Assembly: GCA_964276515.1 (NCBI GenBank)
Contig: OZ193909.1
Coordinates: 13,268,001-13,332,000 of the forward strand
Origin: Gordius albopunctatus
Taxonomy: Eukaryota
Direction: 5' to 3'
DNA length: 64,000 bases
Within the stretch, counting starts at the first letter, position 1. Each line of letters opens with the position of its first letter. The notes below the pieces were generated by a model. It made no database searches. It saw only the letters and a list, made by a program, of their open reading frames with translations, and was not told the DNA's origin. Position numbers and translations under genes: made by a program. Positions 59,725 through 64,000 of this stretch are shown here, piece by piece.

Positions 59725-62671
59725 TTTATATATGAGATTAAATATTTTAGGATGTTCAATAATGGAATTCAAATTTCATTTAATTGGGTATTGTAGGGGT
59801 TTATTGCACCTTAATTGTTTTTGCCATTTTCCATAAATAAAAATTACACTTAGAGAGACTCTGAATGCAACTACACACATTTAGATCTCTGATTACACAA
59901 AGATCTTTATTGATTTTTAATATGATAGCCTCCTAAAAGTGTTATTAACAACCCCATTTGTCTACATATATCTTAGGCTTAGGGGACAATATTAAAAATG
60001 CGATATTTAACAAATCACAACCCTCTAATAAAAAAATTATTGTAATAAAACTTTTAATGGATCAATGCGTGGAATATTGTAAAACCTTAAATAATTTAAC
60101 AGATTTATATAATCTGGATATCTTATTAAAAATATCGGTAAGATAGCAATGAATGTTTCATAAATTTTTTTTTTCAAATTTAGATCAGGTGGTAACCCAA
60201 ATAGATTTAAGGAATCCAGGCTTATAAGGTCTTTTATTTTTAACTTATTTTGTTTTCTTGTGATATGTATTCTATGGGCTACATTTAAATTTTTTATTTT
60301 ATAATGAAAAATCTAATTTAAATAAACAAAAATTTGAGTCCAGTGGCGTAGATATCATTTTTCCCTTAGGAAAATTGAAATTAAATTTTACACGAGTGGG
60401 GAGGTGTCAACGGCGATTTATACATTTTCCATAGCCATTTTTCAAACTTAATAATCAGCTATTCCTTTGGGTAATTTTTTTTCCTCAAAATTCGCTTAAA
60501 TTCCTACAAGTCCATATTAAAATTATATTCCCAAATCTCAGATCTTCCCTCTTAACTTTGATTTACACAAGCTTGCGAAATTAGAGATCTACAAAGGACT
60601 TTTTTATATCAACCAGCCCCCCGCCCGTTACAAACATAAAAAAAACTGGGCCCCTTTCGGGGTCATTAAAATAATACCTGGTCTGATCATTTTTTTACAA
60701 AGCTCGAGCCAGCGATCGCAAACACAAATTTTAATCTTGCTTCTTTCCATTCACATAGGATTGTAATTTCTAAATGAACTAATCATGCAAGAAAAGAAAT
60801 AATACTCATAAAAATATTCAATTAGCTTGCACTATTATTTTTAGATTTTTCAAGCTTTATGGGAGTGGATCAAGTATATATACAGTATCTAAATAATACT
60901 TATCAATTTAAAATGCGCATTTTGGTATAGGTGAATGAATGAATAACGATAAATATATAATATGATTTTCATTGTTAACTTAATAAACATTGAATAATTA
61001 TAAATTAATATGAAAAAAAACACATTTCTTCATACTTCATGATACACAAAAAAATCTAAATGTTTTTATAACGGACTTTCAGTGGACCTACCTTAATCTA
61101 TGCCCGGCCTCTGTTCGATGGATTATATTACGGCCCGTCGCCGGTAGGTTATTTTTAGAGAAAAAGCTCGTCGGCGGTTGAGCTTTTATGCCATCCCGAC
61201 CCGGTCTATAAGCGAAATTATCCACAATAAAATAAATTTTATTTATAATTAATAATCAAATAGTTAAATAACAACGAAACAATATAATTAAAGGGTTTAC
61301 ATTAAGGCAACTTAAAGTTATATGACGTAAAGTGAGTTTTTACAAGTAAATTAAAGCCCGAAATGATATCGTTCGCTAAACAATAAAATTTTTAATTTTT
61401 ACAACACGCAGTATTGCCCCAATTCCAAATAATATACCATAAATATCTGATTGAAGTTGTTGTTGGGAGCTAAAGGTTTTAAAAATACGTTAAGTTTCAC
61501 TGGTTGACTTTTATTCATTGAGTGTTAATAAATAAAAAGTGGAAATTTAATATAATTAATTCCGTTAGCTCAAGACTATTTACTTTTTTAAAAACTAATA
61601 TATCAAGTTATTATTTATTAAATTGCTTGGGAGGCTGAAGGTGCCAGGAATTTGGTCTTGGGCGTGGGGGGCCTGGCTTTCTTGCTCCCTCGCCCCCCGC
61701 TACGCCACTGTAAATAATTCTCTCTATTGAAGTATAAATTATAAAATCAGCATTCTTAGTTACCGACTTTACATATTGATTCTCAAATTTCTTTATTTGG
61801 AAACGAACTATTATGACACCCCCTCCTTCAGATTTATTTAATATCCGTACTTGTTTTCAATAGTTTCAACCTATATTATTTCAACAGAGCGAGAAGATCG
61901 CAGTAGTTTGCAAAATTCATAACAAAAATTTCACAAATGATGGTGTTAAAAGTTTCAATTGGCGAATTTTTCCAATGGTCTTGGATTTCGGTGGCGATTT
62001 CCTACATAAATAGTTAGCTAAGTTTACTTAACTCTGATTTAATGTTTGACTCGTGGCATATATCAACATAAGGGTTTGATTTAGAAAAGTGGGATATTTG
62101 TTTGTTTAGTAAAGTTATCAAATAAGTTGCCGTTCTTAATTGGATCATCAAAACATAGAGTTTAATACAGTCCGTAAATGATATGGCTGAATAATAAATG
62201 AAATTTAAAAAATTATTTGCCTGTATATATTAAAAAATTTATCAATATGTGGATAAGTACAAATTTTAAATACTCTATTCAATCACAAAATTAGTGACAA
62301 ATATATAATCAGGCTGAACTATTGTACACTTGATAATAACTCGAACTGTGCACATATAAGAAGTTCGCTTTGCGCACTTATAGATTGTTGTCTATACGAG
62401 TTCAAATAAGATAGACATAAGAATAACCATTATTATTAACAGTTTATTAATTGTATAAAATTAGGTTTCAGTAGATTTGCAAGATTTAAACAGTCCGTGA
62501 GTTACTGCTTTAAATAATTTTAATGTATAAGGCAATCTGGGCGGGTATTATAATAATATGAGAAGTCTACACTTTTATAATAATGGCTGATACTTAATCT
62601 TACTAGTGTTTAAAACAGCCCTCAAGCATGAGTGTTTTTCGATAAAACTTGGCCATTCTTAACGAAATCAT

Positions 62672-62848
62672 ATGGATTTGAAAATTGCTCTATTTTGGCT
62701 AACTTTTGTGGTTAATGGCAATTTTGTTTGTGCTGGAACATGGGATGGCGGCGATATTCTTGCCCTTTTAATTGGACTAGCAATTTCAATTATGGGTATT
62801 TGTGCATGCTTAGGCAAGCATGCAAGACGTGCATCAGGAAATATATGA
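62672..62848 (+). CDS. SMIM30: Small integral membrane protein 30-like micropeptide (58 aa)
   Basis: MDLKIALFWLTFVVNGNFVCAGTWDGGDILALLIGLAISIMGICACLGKHARRASGNI*. The block GDILALLIGLAISIMGICACLG..AR matches the recalled human SMIM30 GDAIALLLGVVLSITGICACLGVYAR. Probable 5' UTR intron 62497-62618; AATAAA near 62934. Confidence 0.88.
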   Translation: MDLKIALFWLTFVVNGNFVCAGTWDGGDILALLIGLAISIMGICACLGKHARRASGNI

Positions 62849-63560
62849 AAGTCATGATTTAAAATTTATCAGGATTTTTTAATATCCTATCAATTTGTTA
62901 GTTTAAATCTTGTAAAATACAATGTATTTATTAAATAAAAATAAATCTCAAAAGGGTTGTATTTTTTTGTTAAGTTTAAATGTCTTAAACAAAGTTTTTA
63001 ATTGTTATTAGGGAAGCAAGCTATTTATATAATGTTCTTTACTATTTATAATAAAAGATGCTATAAAGTAAATTGGTAATACATAGTTATTAATCATTTA
63101 TATAAATATTTGTTAACCTTTATGGCAAGTATTTTAATTCTTAATATTATCAATTTATTAAATATATCTATGAAATTTTTGTAGATTATGCTTAATATTA
63201 TAGGTCCATTAAATTTTATCACCAAAAATGTGCTGTTAAATTTTTAAATATTTCTGTTAGAATTATTACTATTAATATATTTCTAATATATTTAATATAA
63301 AATAAATCAATATTTAATTTGCTTAACATATGCCAAAACAGGAATACAGAGCTATATTAAATTAAGGCAGAAAAAATATAATATCCCTTTGTTGTTTAAT
63401 TTTTTGTGTCATATTATGAGACATATTAAACTTAGTTTAAAAATGCAAGAGAAAATTTTTGAAGCAAATTGTCTAAAATATCTAAAGCTTTGGCAAAATT
63501 ATTTAATTTATATAATCTATTGTTTTTGGCTTTTTTAGTGAGATTATATATATTTATATA

Positions 63561-63897
63561 CTAAACGAACCCGGCAAATGTTGTTTTGCTTATTACCCGG
63601 GTGTATTAAATTATGTTGGAATTTTAGGGCATATATGATGATAAAGCGGTTATTGAAGTAAAAATAAAGTTTGATGTCTACTATATGTTCTACTTCTATT
63701 GTTCTATTTCCGTATACAGTCCAACGCGTACGAATACTCGAAAACTACTAGACCGATTTGGCTCGAACAAATCTTAAAACATGCTCCGGAGTCTCAGGAA
63801 TAAACTGTGAAATTTTGAGCGAAATCGGTCTGGTAGTTTTCCAAAATTGGTGGCGGCCTATATACACACACACACAGTTTCATTTTTATATATAAGA
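63561..63897 (-). mobile_element. Non-autonomous Helitron, short uninterrupted copy
   Basis: Minus strand A|TC start at 63897, (TG)n tract, 3' hairpin gcaaaacaacatttgc and TTAG|T end; closely similar to the split copy at 56884-59737. Confidence 0.85.
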
Positions 63898-64000
63898 TTT
63901 CTATTTTGTTATCTATTAACAAGCAATGAAACAAGGCGGGAAATTTAAACTTAACTTATTTTTGAAAGCCCCAAACGTCAGCAATCAAATATATATGGGA

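Larger units (their letters stand above)
56884..59737 (-). mobile_element. Non-autonomous Helitron (Lep1-like architecture) interrupted by nested insertions
   Basis: On the minus strand: 5' A|TC at 59737, (TG)n tract, 3' hairpin ggcaaaacaacgtttgcc and CTAG|T at 56884. Segments 56884-57033 and about 57700-57870 match 63561-63890. Confidence 0.85.

Noticed and set aside
61955..62005. HRNPRPLE resembling the NRNPRNLE motif of MRPL18
   Set aside because: A stop follows within a few codons and no other MRPL18 blocks were found.

Overview
AT-rich, intron-containing animal (invertebrate-type) genomic DNA; not prokaryotic, and no CRISPR array, rRNA or intact tRNA gene was seen. Six host genes were assembled by hand from GT-AG splice sites with consistent phase: an inward-rectifier K+ channel (minus strand, GFG filter, about 400-aa low-complexity N-terminus, last exon(s) not found in the window), a GNB1L/Asa1-like WD40 protein (+), a quaking/HOW STAR-family RNA-binding protein (minus, two alternative C-termini), eIF2-alpha (minus), TTC36 (+), and a 58-aa SMIM30-like micropeptide (+) that is below the ORF-track cutoff. 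Much of the remaining sequence is decayed and often nested transposons: two CsRn1-clade Gypsy elements plus remnants, an RTE LINE, a CRE-like LINE, a hobo/Hermes-like hAT carrying a solo-LTR-like insert, many hAT MITEs with 8-bp target duplications, two Helitron copies, and DINE-1/Helentron-like elements with internal tandem arrays. The most notable observations are the SMIM30 homolog, the quaking NLS exon with a cluster of QKI-response elements in its own presumed 3' UTR, a recurrent 5'-CpG-poor/3'-CpG-rich pattern in genes, frequent AAG splice acceptors, 35-40 nt introns, a Gypsy with discordant LTRs, and a Helentron-like element nested in a Helitron. All family assignments come from recalled motifs, not database searches; I did not find a clearly new biological system.
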